A stretch of 63,835 nucleotides of DNA, filler included, from Octopus bimaculoides (lineage: Eukaryota), in the NCBI RefSeq assembly GCF_001194135.2. It is 6 parts of 4 records of this genome, joined end to end, with 100 filler letters (N's around TTAATTAATTAA, not from the genome) between each part and the next. Parts side by side here need not be neighbours in the genome. Positions count along the whole stretch, not along the records: positions 30,606 to 42,509 come from NC_068988.1; positions 42,610 to 55,616 come from NC_068984.1; 4 more parts are not named here. One strand, written 5' to 3'. The translations under genes were made by a program, and so were the position numbers. Below, piece by piece: positions 38,376 through 52,657 of the stretch. Positions within the stretch are counted from its first letter, which is position 1. Each line of letters opens with the position of its first letter. The notes beneath the pieces were generated by a model, which was not told the origin of the DNA, did not search any database, and was given only the letters and a program-made list of their open reading frames with translations.

Positions 38376-38984
38376 NNNNNNNNNNNNNNNNNNNNNNNNN
38401 NNNNNNNNNNNNNNNNNNNNNNNNNNNNNNNNNNNNNNNNNNNNNNNNNNNNNNNNNNNNNNNNNNNNNNNNNNNNNNNNNNNNNNNNNNNNNNNNNNNN
38501 NNNNNNNNNNNNNNNNNNNNNNNNNNNNNNNNNNNNNNNNNNNNNNNNNNNNNNNNNNNNNNNNNNNNNNNNNNNNNNNNNNNNNNNNNNNNNNNNNNNN
38601 NNNNNNNNNNNNNNNNNNNNNNNNNNNNNNNNNNNNNNNNNNNNNNNNNNNNNNNNNNNNNNNNNNNNNNNNNNNNNNNNNNNNNNNNNNNNNNNNNNNN
38701 NNNNNNNNNNNNNNNNNNNNNNNNNNNNNNNNNNNNNNNNNNNNNNNNNNNNNNNNNNNNNNNNNNNNNNNNNNNNNNNNNNNNNNNNNNNNNNNNNNNN
38801 NNNNNNNNNNNNNNNNNNNNNNNNNNNNNNNNNNNNNNNNNNNNNNNNNNNNNNNNNNNNNNNNNNNNNNNNNNNNNNNNNNNNNNNNNNNNNNNNTTCT
38901 TTTAAAATAGACTTAATTGCGTATCGACTGATTTCGCGATTACTAGAATGAATCTAAATTTCGTTCATCAGCACAATATTGTCC

Positions 38985-39024
<40 letters not shown>

Positions 39025-39164
39025 TAGATACGTATATTTCCTTTAAATATGAGGCTTGCAAAGACACCAATGCATCAAAGGTCAGGATTTTACTCGGAGA
39101 AGATTAGCTCGGTTTTAGGGAAGTTTTAGGGAAGATTAGCTAATTCGATTGCATCAACTCACAG

Positions 39165-39540
39165 TGTTCAACTGGTACATAATTTATCGAACCAGGAATG
39201 ATAAAAAGCAAAGCTGACCTCACCGTAACATGAGCTCAGTATGTAGATACGAGCGAAACGCTGCTAAGCATTTTGTCCTGCGTAATAACAGTTCTGCCAA
39301 ATCACCGCCCTACTTTATATCATAATAATCCTTTCTACTATAGGCACAAGGCCTGGAATTTGCGGGGAGAGGGATAGTCGATCACATCGATCCAATATAG
39401 CGACTTAATATAGCGACCCTGAAAGTATGAAAGCCAAAGTCGACCTTGGCGATATTTGAACCCAAAACGTAAGGACGGGCGAAATGCCGCTAAGCATTTT
39501 GCCTGGCCTGCTAACGATTCTCACTGCACACCGCCTTAGC
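39165..39540 (-). mobile_element. Two SINE family C copies
   Basis: Reverse-complement family C units. Confidence 0.75.
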
Positions 39541-39659
39541 TTATATCATAATAAGAATAACAACTATTACACTCCACATTCAACTTCATATTCATTTCTT
39601 TATTGTACAACTGTGCTTTTTCGTGTTTGTATTAAATATATATATGTGTATATAATTTT

Positions 39660-39830
39660 TGTCTTTCAGTTGGTTCAACCATTGGACTGGCACCATTGAG
39701 GACACCGCATTAAAGGGCTTTTTAGTCGAATGAAGAAACGACTGTAGTACTTATTCTATCTGATAACCAACCGCTAACATATGGGAACGTAAACACATCA
39801 ACACTGGTTATCAGGCGACTGAGAGCAACA
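39660..39830. mobile_element. SINE family B copy
   Basis: Family B blocks. Confidence 0.75.
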
Positions 39831-39866
39831 AACGTGAACACTCGCTCACATACACGCACACACAGA

Positions 39867-39914
<48 letters not shown>

Positions 39915-39945
39915 NNNNNNNNNNCATCCATCCATCCATAATCAA

Positions 39946-40350
39946 TGATTTGACTGTTTCCCCTGTATCTGACGAGGAATGTTACAGGTATCTAGGGGTG
40001 GATGAAAATATATATTTCAATGACACCTGTAACAAAACACGTATCAGTAAAGAATATTACAGCTGAATAAAGAAACATTGAACCTCAGAACTTTCTGCAT
40101 TCAATAAAACAGTGGCCCACAATGTGTTTGCAGTGCCAGTACTCATATCAACATTTGGCCTACTTGATTGGACGCTTGATGAGATCCGAGCCATCGATGT
40201 GAAAACCCGAAAAATACTAACAAATACACATAATTTCCACATAAACAATGACGTAGACCGTCCCTAACTAAAACGAAAACAAGGCGGCAGAGGCTCAACA
40301 TCGATCCAAAATGCCTTTGAATGTCGCATCATATCCCTTCGACAACAAGT
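39946..40350 (+). mobile_element. R4/Dong-type RT C-terminal fragment with stops
   Basis: My translation: CYRYLGVDEN...SELSAFNKTVAHNVFAVPVLISTFGLLDWTLDEIRAIDVKTRKILT..HNFHINNDVDRP*LKRKQGGRG. Confidence 0.85.
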
Positions 40351-40394
40351 GTCAAAGTGCATCCCATGACTAGTGTATTCCCCCTTGCTGTGTA

Positions 40395-41207
40395 AACTTC
40401 TCCCTAACGTTCAACAAGATTTTCAATACCTCGTTGGTAGAAATCACCCGATTTCGACTCGAAAAATTGATCCAACCAAGGTCTCAATTCTGCATCAGTA
40501 TTGAACGAAACTTCGGACATTGCATTTGAAAGAGATCGAAAGAGGTGGAAATCCGTTGGTGCCAAATTAGGAGAGTACGGCGGGTGTGACAGCACTTCCA
40601 AGCCATGCGTTTGAATGGCTTCCATGGTCATATTGGCGATATGAGAGCGGGCGTTGTCGTGCAGCAGAACTCCATGCTGACGATTAGGTCTTTTCTCTTG
40701 AATAGCCGTGTTGAGTCGTTCCATCTGTTGAACACAGGGTTCCGCGTTGACCGTTTGGTTCCGTTCAAGCAATTCGTAATGGATAATCCATTCTCAATCC
40801 CACCATACGCACAACATCGTTTTACACGGATGAAGATCTTATTTCACTCGTGGTGTCGATTGTTTACCGGGGCTAAGCCATTCCTTACGCTGCTTTATAT
40901 TGATGTACAGGCACCATTTTTCGTCGCCGGTAACGATTCAGTAAAGAAATCGTTGCTTGTGTCCATGAGTTGAGCGGTGACGAGCAAGCAGTCCAGCGGA
41001 GATTGTGGATCATTGATTTTTGTTGTTGTCCCTTAAAGCATGTGGAACCCATGCTCCATACTTCTGAACCTTTGCCATCGAGTGAAGATGCTTCTCTATA
41101 GCAGTGTGGGAGCATTCCATTTTCTCTGCCAGTTCCCTTGTCGTTTGACGAGAATTTTCGTGATAAAGTTGGTTTAATCGCTCTTCATCGAACTCAACTG
41201 GACGGCC
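40395..41207 (-). mobile_element. mariner transposase remnant
   Basis: GRPVEFDEERL..QTTRELAEKMECSH..GAWVPHAL and LLHDNARSH..LSHPPYSPNLAPTDFHLFRSL. The 5' part is lost in the gap. Confidence 0.93.
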
Positions 41208-42464
41208 NNNNNNNNNNNNNNNNNNNNNNNNNNNNNNNNNNNNNNNNNNNNNNNNNNNNNNNNNNNNNNNNNNNNNNNNNNNNNNNNNNNNNNNNNNNNN
41301 NNNNNNNNNNNNNNNNNNNNNNNNNNNNNNNNNNNNNNNNNNNNNNNNNNNNNNNNNNNNNNNNNNNNNNNNNNNNNNNNNNNNNNNNNNNNNNNNNNNN
41401 NNNNNNNNNNNNNNNNNNNNNNNNNNNNNNNNNNNNNNNNNNNNNNNNNNNNNNNNNNNNNNNNNNNNNNNNNNNNNNNNNNNNNNNNNNNNNNNNNNNN
41501 NNNNNNNNNNNNNNNNNNNNNNNNNNNNNNNNNNNNNNNNNNNNNNNNNNNNNNNNNNNNNNNNNNNNNNNNNNNNNNNNNNNNNNNNNNNNNNNNNNNN
41601 NNNNNNNNNNNNNNNNNNNNNNNNNNNNNNNNNNNNNNNNNNNNNNNNNNNNNNNNNNNNNNNNNNNNNNNNNNNNNNNNNNNNNNNNNNNNNNNNNNNN
41701 NNNNNNNNNNNNNNNNNNNNNNNNNNNNNNNNNNNNNNNNNNNNNNNNNNNNNNNNNNNNNNNNNNNNNNNNNNNNNNNNNNNNNNNNNNNNNNNNNNNN
41801 NNNNNNNNNNNNNNNNNNNNNNNNNNNNNNATATATATACATACACATAGACATGCATTCAAATATCAAGTTGGGTTATGTAAATATTCGTGCAACTTTT
41901 AAAACTATATTGGCAATGAAATATCGGTGAAATATATTCCAATTTATTTGTACATATAATGAAAATATAAAAAAATAAATCCGAAAATCTATCTTGTTAA
42001 AACCATGAAGATATCTAAATGTTGTTTACAGTGAGATTTTCCTTGCTGTTGGCAAAGGTATTAAAGTTGAAAGGACTATATAATGACACAGTATACGGTT
42101 GTTTGTTTATGCGAGGTTATCATTGTGTGCGTACGTATGTATGCATCTGTGTATTTTTGAGAGTATGCGTGTGTGTGTTTGCATGTGTATGTGTGTGTAT
42201 ATGTGTATTTACTTCTCGAGGAATATATATAATATTTTGTATACAGTGCGCATATATTTCTATATGCATAAAGGATTATATAGATATACGTACAAACACA
42301 TGCGCACAGTATACATACACAGGTGATACATACACATACACATGTATACATATATATATATTAATAAATGTGTATATATATACATATATGTATGAATATA
42401 CAAACATACACTCTCACACACACACACACACACATATATATACATAAACATTTATATATATATG

Positions 42465-42509
<45 letters not shown>

Positions 42510-42647
42510 NNNNNNNNNNNNNNNNNNNNNNNNNNNNNNNNNNNNNNNNNNNNTTAATTAATTAANNNNNNNNNNNNNNNNNNNNNNNNNNNNNNNNNNN
42601 NNNNNNNNNTATACACATAAATACATACACATAAATATTTACAAGCG

Positions 42648-42689
<42 letters not shown>

Positions 42690-43084
42690 CTAGATACAGT
42701 CACAAACACACATACACACACACACGCACACACACACACACATGCATTAAATATATACCATAATGCAGTATAATATATAATCATGTACATTAATCTGTCA
42801 TGTTTTTTTACGTTACAAAAATATAATTTAAAAAATTTGTTATCTCTGAATGTCAGGGAAGGCATTTTCAGAAGCATATTTCTGTAACTCATGAATATTT
42901 ACTGATTTCAGAGAAATTTATGACGTTATATTTACATATCGACCACTCAATTACCAACAAGTCAATCATCTCTATATCATAATAGTAAGATATTTCATAA
43001 AAAAGTACTCATTTATTTCCTACATGGCTGTGAAACCTCATGTTAGAGAGTGAGAAGTAAATTATTCTGGATTGATGTTAAAAT

Positions 43085-43225
43085 GATACCCCGAAACTTA
43101 GCGGTTCGGCAAACGAGACCGATAGAATAAGTAGTAGGATTACAAAGATTAAGTCCTGGGGTCGATTTGATTCGACTAAAGGCCTTGCTCCAACATGGCC
43201 GCAGTCAAATGACTTAAACAAATAA
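43085..43225. mobile_element. SINE family B copy (reverse)
   Basis: aacttagcggttcggcaaacgagaccgatagaataagta...catggccgcagtc. Confidence 0.82.
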
Positions 43226-43314
43226 AAGAAAAAAGAATATATATATATATATAGAAAGACAGACACATGTGAGTGTGTGTGCTCGCGTGCATGTATGTTA
43301 CAGATTTAGGTAAT

Positions 43315-43725
43315 GTATTTTCTATTATAGGAACACGGCCTGAAAATTTGTGGGAGGGCAAGTCGATAACACCCGCCCAAGTGCTCAAATATAACTTATT
43401 TTATCAACTTCGAAAGTACGAAGGGCAAATGGACCTCGGTAGAATTTCATCTCACATCGTAAAACGCACAAAATGATGCTATTTTACCTGTCCTGCTAAC
43501 GATTATGCCAGCTGGTCGACCTTGAAGTTCAGGTAATATCGGTTTCAAATTTTGATACACGGCTAGAAACTTAAGAGTAGGAGTAAGACGATTGTATCGA
43601 TGAAGGTTCTCATCCCTGAAAAGATGGAATGCAATGTCACTGCAGGCAGCATTTACACTCAGAACGTAAAGTCGGAACAAATACGCTAAACATTATTTCC
43701 GGCATTGTAATGATTCTTCCAAATC
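43315..43725 (-). mobile_element. Two to three SINE family C copies
   Basis: Reverse-complement family C units. Confidence 0.7.
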
Positions 43726-44050
43726 GCAGCATTAATTTTAGATATCAATAACATTTTAATATTAACAAATAATCATGTAAAATAATAAATACGTATTTTT
43801 TCTTAATGCAAATGTACATACATTTGCGAGTGTATGTGTTTTTACAATTGCAGATATCCGTGCGCTCATTGTGTTTGCTACAGAATCTGTATTTAACAGA
43901 TGACTACTGGTGGATCTCAAAGGTAAAGTTCAGACACATGAGTTCCAGGAAGATCTACTTATCGCAATTAACTACTGATTTTATCGGAACGCAGTACTGT
44001 AACCAGGGAATGTGATCATGTATATAAATATATATGAATAAATATCAATA

Positions 44051-44134
<84 letters not shown>

Positions 44135-44663
44135 CGTATGTGTGTGTAGATATATACACACACATATATATGTATACACATACATACATACATACATACA
44201 AATAAATATATAAAATATGTGTTTATGCATCTAAATCCATATATAACCATATACTCATATATAAACACACATATACAAATGTTTGTTTACGCATGCCTGT
44301 GCCTAAGTATGGGCGTAAAATTTAAAAGACGAAGGAAGTGGATACAATTTGTCTAGAGTGATGAATATAAAATAAAAATAAATTTGTTTTTAAAATAAAA
44401 ATCAATTTTTCAATTTTTCAGAACCACCAACTAGTTGTGCTAAATGTATTTAAATATTTAAAACGCATAAATCTTTCTTTGAAAACGTACAATAATCAAA
44501 CAATAACAAAATATTCCTGTTTTTCATAATATTTCTGATGGTATAGCTGTGGGAATCCGTCAGCATTTTTAGCAAAATACGCCAGCATATATTCATACAT
44601 ACATACATACATACATACATACATACTACATACATACATACTTACATATACATACATGCACAT

Positions 44664-44746
<83 letters not shown>

Positions 44747-47700
44747 NNNNNNNNNNNNNNNNNNNNNNNNNNNNNNNNNNNNNNNNNNNNNNNNNNNNNN
44801 NNNNNNNNNNNNNNNNNNNNNNNNNNNNNNNNNNNNNNNNNNNNNNNNNNNNNNNNNNNNNNNNNNNNNNNNNNNNNNNNNNNNNNNNNNNNNNNNNNNN
44901 NNNNNNNNNNNNNNNNNNNNNNNNNNNNNNNNNNNNNNNNNNNNNNNNNNNNNNNNNNNNNNNNNNNNNNNNNNNNNNNNNNNNNNNNNNNNNNNNNNNN
45001 NNNNNNNNNNNNNNNNNNNNNNNNNNNNNNNNNNNNNNNNNNNNNNNNNNNNNNNNNNNNNNNNNNNNNNNNNNNNNNNNNNNNNNNNNNNNNNNNNNNN
45101 NNNNNNNNNNNNNNNNNNNNNNNNNNNNNNNNNNNNNNNNNNNNNNNNNNNNNNNNNNNNNNCACACACACACAACCATAAATCCCATGTGTTACTTTGT
45201 CGTCCACTTTGCCACTTCTTTAATGCAAAATAAAAATTAGAATTATACTTCTCTAGCTTTCCTTGAGCTGAAAAATATTCCTATGGGACAGAAATGATAT
45301 AAAATTTAAGTCGTATTTGTTTAGTAGCGTTAATCATTAACATGAAAGAACACAATAGCACATTATGCAGAATGATTTTGCAATATTCTTTCAAGAGTGT
45401 TATTAAAATAGTATGCATTTGGGTAAAATGATTTTTTTCACAAAATAGAAATAAAATATACAAACAAAAGGCATCCCAAACATATGACGACGAAAATTTA
45501 AAAAATGACATTAAAATGTTGAGGAAAGAATATAGAAATTAAAATATTTTTAATGTTACAGATTAGGAAAGGAAAAACGAAAAAGAAATAAAATAATGAA
45601 TTATTTTTAAAAGCGAATATTCATCGTTTCGAAAATAATAAAACGATTGATATTATATTTTAACAGATTTTAGAAACACACATAATTTACAGTATGATAT
45701 TAATAAACGAACTAGTTTCCTGTCAAACCGTTTTCAATGCATGACACAATCAACCGATTGGCATGTTGTTAATGAAAGCACTGTGTTCTTTGTTTAGTCT
45801 ATTTATTAGTGTTTATTTTTGTAAAGTGAAGATTTAGCGTTTCAATGAATGAAAAACAAATAAACCAAATCCTTCATAAAATATTCTAAAACGGGAGCAT
45901 TTTCCACTCATATGAATAACTGAACCTTTTAACACTTCCCTCTGCGCCATCTATATAGCAATATTTGCATATATTTCTATATAGACTTGTATATATTATG
46001 TATGCATATGTTTGTGCAGATGTGTATATGTGCAAGGCTTAAGAAGAGTGCCGAAATGGATCACAATAGAATAATGCAGAGAAAGACAGAGAGAGGGCAG
46101 TGTGAGATTGATAGTGTGAGAGAGAGAGGGACTGATAGTGAGAGAGAAAGGAGAGAGGAGAAAGAGATAGATAGATAGATAGAGAGAGAAAATGTTGAAG
46201 TAATGTGTCCACTGAAATAATGGATATTTCATATCTCTATAAATGTTTAATATTTTTGTACAAATATTACCTGTGTTACGGCTACCTCAAAATTATTGAA
46301 TTTCGCGCTTACTGAAATTGTAAAATATAACCTTCAATTTCGGGATGCAGTCTGTAATTTCACTCTTCCAGTAACTCACATAGTTTCAAATCTCAAAGTA
46401 CCCTTTCTTCTTAGCTCAATAGTCACATGTATTTTAGATAAGATCAAAGTATATAATTAACGATTACGAAAACTATCATCAAATTACATCTTCCTCGTTA
46501 TCAAGTCACCAACTTTTGTATCCTACTGGTTACAACAGATACCAGCAGTTTCGACTAATGTGTATAATCTACCGTTGTTCTAATTACTCCTGTCCAAAAG
46601 ACCCCATGCATTATATCCTTTCTTGAACATGCAGGTTTACGTTTCGCCGGTGCAGCCCTTCTCATTATTATTATTTTTTTTTTATAGCCATGCAACTCCT
46701 GTTTTTGAATGCAGAGTAACTGGCAGGCACAAAATGCGACCCGAGAGGGGAAATCTACGCAGCGCCAAGTTCTTTGTCAGTATTTGAGAGTGTGCCTCTT
46801 AAAGGATTTCCTTATTTGTTAATCTATTTCGCCAGCTAAACCTGAAGGCCAGTTATATATATTCCTCGGCGAATGTATCTATCTGGCCAAATAGCTTGTC
46901 ATATTTCCATTACTTGTTACTTAAAATTACTAATGTACTTATGAAAACTTTGGACATTCAATATAACATGAAATTACTCTATTTTTAAAATTTTATTTCC
47001 GCGTTTCAGTTACTTTCCTTAAGCGTGGCGTCTACTATATTTTACTGTAGGGGAAATGGAAAATTTGACATTTAGATTTTACCCATGGACACATACGTCA
47101 TTTACAACTTTCCCCTGAGCACTTATGACGTATGTGGCTGAAACAATATCATAGCTTAGAATGCTTATTTATTTATTCTTTCATTTATTTAAGTATTTAT
47201 CTTATATCGCAGTTATGAGCAATAGCATCGTTTGTTAACATATTTTAAAACATCTCAAGGGACTTCGGCCATTAATACCTACTATTTAATTTTGTCGCTC
47301 GAAAGGAAGTGCTCAGTATTTCACTCCACTCTCTCTCTCTCTCTCTCTCTCTTTCATACGCGCGCACACACACGCACATACACAAACGTACATACACATT
47401 TATACACAGGCATATGCGCACATACAAATACGCGAACGCAAATACTAACGTAGTGTGTAGATGCTAATATAATCCTCTGTTACTACGAAGAAATACACCT
47501 ACATTGCAAAGTGGCGAAGAATATTCAATTTCAATGTCTAGGTGGATATTCATAAGTATGTATACGTACATACATATGCATTCATATTTGTGTGTGTGTG
47601 CGTGTGTTGTGTGTGTATGTGGGTGTGTATGTGTGCGTGTGTGTATTCTGTGTATTCATAGAAGTTATGATAAACCAGATGTCTGTGTAAGTACTTATGT

Positions 47701-47856
47701 ACGAGGTTTTCGAATGATAAATAGAGGTCAACTTACGAATACCTATGGCAAAACAATATTTCCTACAAAACAATAGTTCCTAATATTTATAATGAATTTG
47801 ACATTTTCGATGAGTTATACAGCGCACATCTAGCAGACTCGGAATATACGCCGATG

Positions 47857-47949
<93 letters not shown>

Positions 47950-48146
47950 NNNNNNNNNNNNNNNNNNNNNNNNNNNNNNNNNNNNNNNNNNNNNNNNNNN
48001 NNNNNNNNNNNNNNNNNNNNNNNNNNNNNNNNNNNNNNNNNNNNNNNNNNNNNNNNNNNNNNNNNNNNNNNNNNNNNNNNNNNNNNNNNNNNNNNNNNNN
48101 NNNNNNNNNNNNNNNNNNNNNNNNNNNATATATATATATATATATA

Positions 48147-48330
48147 GGAGAATTCACGAAAAGACAACAGACGAAGACAGGTGGTGTAAACAACAAATGG
48201 ATGTATTAGTATAACGCTCGGGAATAGGGAAAGTCTTTAAAGTTTCGAGCCTACGCTCTTCAACAGAAAGGAACACAGAAAGAAACAAGGAGAGAAACAA
48301 GGAGAAAAAAACATATAAATGTAGTGGTCA
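48147..48330 (-). mobile_element. Short Penelope-type terminal-repeat fragment with variant hammerhead, ending in (TA)n
   Basis: The HHR-like core is followed on the minus strand by tttccc..gagcgttatactaatac.. and a (TA)n run. Confidence 0.55.
48235..48270 (-). ncRNA. Degenerate or variant hammerhead motif
   Basis: Minus strand reads CUUU-CUGUUGA-A-GAGC-guag-GCUC-GAAA-CU-UU-AAAG. Helices I and II are perfect, but the core has A6U and the helix III C-G pair is lost. Confidence 0.5.
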
Positions 48331-48806
48331 GCGATCTATCATGGCGAATGCCGGACAGAAGGGTCACACTGGAGAGTTAAGAAGAAGGGGAGATAACAAT
48401 ATAGTAGTGATCCCAAAACGAAGGTGCGTGTGGGTGAGAAAATGCTGGTGATTTTAATGTATGCATGTGTGTATGTAGGTGCGAAGGTGTGAAAATGTGG
48501 GTAAAGGAATTGGTCAGTGCCGGTGTGTGTGTGGTGGTGTGTTGTGTGATATGGTGTAGCGTGGTGTGATGTGATGGTGTTGGGAGGTGGGGGAGGCGAG
48601 AGTGGGGAAAGCATGGGTGGAGTGTGGGTTAGGCTGAGGGTGGGGGTATAGGTAGGGGTATGTGGGTAGGTAGAGGGTGGGAGTAGAGGTGGAGTATGGG
48701 GGAGAGGGTGTAAGGGTGAGATGTATGGGATGGGGTGTAAGGGATATATATATGTGTATGTATGATGTATGTATATATGTATGTACACATATATAGTTAT
48801 ATACAA

Positions 48807-48847
<41 letters not shown>

Positions 48848-48914
48848 CATGCATATATCTATACATACACAAAAACAGACATGCACACACGCACACTTAT
48901 GTAAATAAATAATT

Positions 48915-49040
48915 TATCGTAGGCGCGGTCGTGCAGTGCAAAATTCCCTTCCAGAACACATGGTTCCGAGTTCACGTTCACAAGGAAATTATCTGCCACT
49001 ATACCCTGGGGCCGACCAAAGCTGGTAGAATGCTGTCGTA
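48915..49040 (-). mobile_element. SINE family A degenerate copy
   Basis: Reverse-complement blocks of family A. Confidence 0.55.
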
Positions 49041-49044
49041 GAAA

Positions 49045-49610
<566 letters not shown>

Positions 49611-49708
49611 CAGACTTTTTTCTGTAATTTAGACGACAATACATCCTACGCACCCTGCACACACACACACACACACATACTCACATACACACACATATGT
49701 ATGTATGT

Positions 49709-49866
49709 ATCTTCTTCTCGGTAGTCCATAGATCTCCGACGATGAAGACTTAGTGGTTGGTCTCAGCAGTCACCGGTGGGAGTGCATGTACCTCCGCAGC
49801 CCAAAGCGGGAAGCACACAGGCGTCTGCAGGCAGGACACTGATAGTCTGGGATGAGGACTGAGGAT
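49709..49866 (-). mobile_element. RTE-type LINE extreme 3' end (C-terminal zinc-finger-like motif, UTR, AGA tail)
   Basis: Minus strand: YQCPACRRLCASRFGLRRYMHSHR*, then a short UTR and agaagaaga. Confidence 0.7.
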
Positions 49867-49909
49867 GTATATATATATATATATATATACATCACATGTA
49901 TTCATATAC

Positions 49910-50024
<115 letters not shown>

Positions 50025-50074
50025 GTGCTCTGTGTGTGTATATAAATACAGAGAGAGTGAGAGAGAGAGAGAGG

Positions 50075-50106
<32 letters not shown>

Positions 50107-50895
50107 CCAAGAGAGGGCAAGTGAGTGTGTAAGTGTGTGAGACAGAGTCTATAATCCACGCCTACTCAGGACATCATGTAGAATATAAGCTGGAATCTCA
50201 CGGAAAATATTAATTAGCGCAGAAGAATAATTCCGTTATCCACCACAGGGCATATGTATTAATTAACTCTATACGTATGGAACGAATTATTTCTAGTCTT
50301 CCTCTAAGATAATTCGTGTCTCGGATTTGTAATCACAGAATTATTTTAGTACGAGGCTAGAAATAGATATTGTCTAGACTGTATGTATAGGGGCTTAGAT
50401 GAATACTAAATCGCTTAGGGTTTGACATTGACGACTATATAATACACGTCTAGCTGCACTTAATTTTGTCGAAACACGTTTGTAAATCGTAAAAGAGAAA
50501 ATGGTTGATTTCCTGGAAGATATTATCGGGTCATACATGAGATGTGAGGAAGTTAAGAGGTTAATTAAAATTACAAATTAAACTGTGTAAACCAGAAATG
50601 TTTATTTTTTTTATTATTTTAAAATGGAAATAAGGTACAGGATACAACTAAAAAGCGTAGAAAATAATTAAATTTTATGCTTTCTGGTCATTTGATTATC
50701 AGTTTTATTTTTCCTTCATATGTTAATTTTATTTTTGAAAAATTAACTAAATCTTATATTTAAATGGCAATTTCAATATCATTTTTACCAGCATAGTGCT
50801 CTACTGCTTGGCATTCGCACCAGAAGCTCCAGTCTGAACGTTTTAGTGTTTGGGTGCCAATCTGAGGATAGTACAATGTGAGGATAGTACATGAA

Positions 50896-51045
50896 CCGAC
50901 AGTGATAAAAATAAAACATCCAGTCAACATCATGGTTTTAGGAGTGATCACTAATGATGGTGACGTTATGCCTCCATTCATTTTCCCACACAGCCTCAGA
51001 CTCAACACGGCGGCCTACATTAAGTGCCTGGATGAGATAGTGCTG
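50896..51045 (+). mobile_element. Tc1/mariner superfamily (maT/DD37D-like) transposase fragment
   Basis: My translation: PTVIKIKHPVNIMVLGVITNDGDVMPPFIFPHSLRLNTAAYIKCLDEIVL. Confidence 0.75.
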
Positions 51046-51749
51046 ACGAAACTTTGAATACTTGTTGCACTAACATCCAGTTCAATAATAGGCTAATTGG
51101 ATTTCAATAAAAACGTATAATGTGCCCCCAGGGGTTTGGAAGAATTATATGATAAAATGAGAAGGATGCAAAAACTAAACGTCTGAAGGAAACGCAGTAG
51201 CAGATTGAGGGTGACTTATATCTCGGAAGGAGAGAACAGCGTTATGCAAGCAACAAATATTGAGTGACATGATAGCTGGCCTTTTCTGCATGATAGCTAT
51301 CTATCACAAAATGAAAGCAAAATCTTTAGGAGGAGGAATTTTTTTATCAAACAAACAAAGCAAAGCATTACTACGACCAAAGTTATAAGAACCTCTGCAG
51401 TTTTAATCAATAAAGTATGTGAAACGGTCGAACAGACATGTAAATAATATAAAGAGGAAAAAAAATCCTCAACGAAGCTTTTTTGCGAAAAATTGCACAA
51501 ATCTGTCCGGTCGGGGAAGTCATGGTCTAACACGGAATAAATAAAATTTTATATAAGGCATTCTATTATAACAATTGTCTGGTAACGACGAGCTATTCAG
51601 CTAGTATATAAATATATATAACCTGTATGATTATGTATGTGTAATAATATGTTTGGAAATCTTTCATTTCAAGCTGGCTGTCACATTGCCATTCTGTGCG
51701 TATCTGTGTCTGCGCGAATGTGTGTCCCTATATCTATCTATCTACCTAC

Positions 51750-51823
<74 letters not shown>

Positions 51824-51930
51824 GTCTGTCTGTCTATACACACACACGCACACACACGAACACACACACACACACACAAACACACACATACACGCACACA
51901 CACGCATACGCACGCACATACACACACAAA

Positions 51931-52060
51931 AGGAAGCGCGTGGCTTAGTGGTTAGGGTGTTGCGCTCATGATCGGAAAATTTTGGTTTCGATTCCTCGAG
52001 GGCGATGCGTTGTGTCTCATGTTGTTTCGGTCCGCTCAGTTGGCAAAATTGAATAGTTCT
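51931..52060 (+). mobile_element. tRNA-derived SINE head fragment
   Basis: GCGTGGCTTAGTGGTTAGGGTG...GGTTTCGATTCCT (A and B boxes) without a tRNA acceptor stem. Confidence 0.6.
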
Positions 52061-52187
52061 ACTCTAAACCGACGTCCTATCTAGGAGAGTGGTAATATAT
52101 AAACCCCATATGTAAATCTAGGAAACCGGCCCCAGGTACCTATGCCTAAGGAACGATCTTTGACAAATTTTGGTACACATACATACA

Positions 52188-52281
<94 letters not shown>

Positions 52282-52444
52282 CACGCACACGGCCTCATGA
52301 TCTCTGTATAGGGATCACGATGTCGTAAACTTGTGTGTTCGGTACCTGCTCTATGCAATGCGGTACGTTGTGCCTTTGAATATCACATCAATTCGCATTG
52401 CTTTATTCCGCTGGTCTGAAGACGAGTGTCTACCTATTATTCTT

Positions 52445-52657
52445 TTGTACTCTAGGCACAAGGCCCGAAATTTTTTGGGGAAGGGGTCAGTCAAATAGAT
52501 CGACCTCAGTATGCAACTGGTCCTTGATTTATCGACGCCGAAATGATAAAAGGCAAAGTCGACTTCGGCGGAATTTTAACTCAGAACGTAAAAAAAGACG
52601 AAATACTGCTAAATATTTGGCCCGGTGTGCTAACGTTTCTGCCAGATGGCCGCCTTA
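52445..52657 (-). mobile_element. SINE family C copy, near full length
   Basis: aaaggcaaagtcgacttcggcggaattttaactcagaacg...gccagatggccgcctt. Confidence 0.85.
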
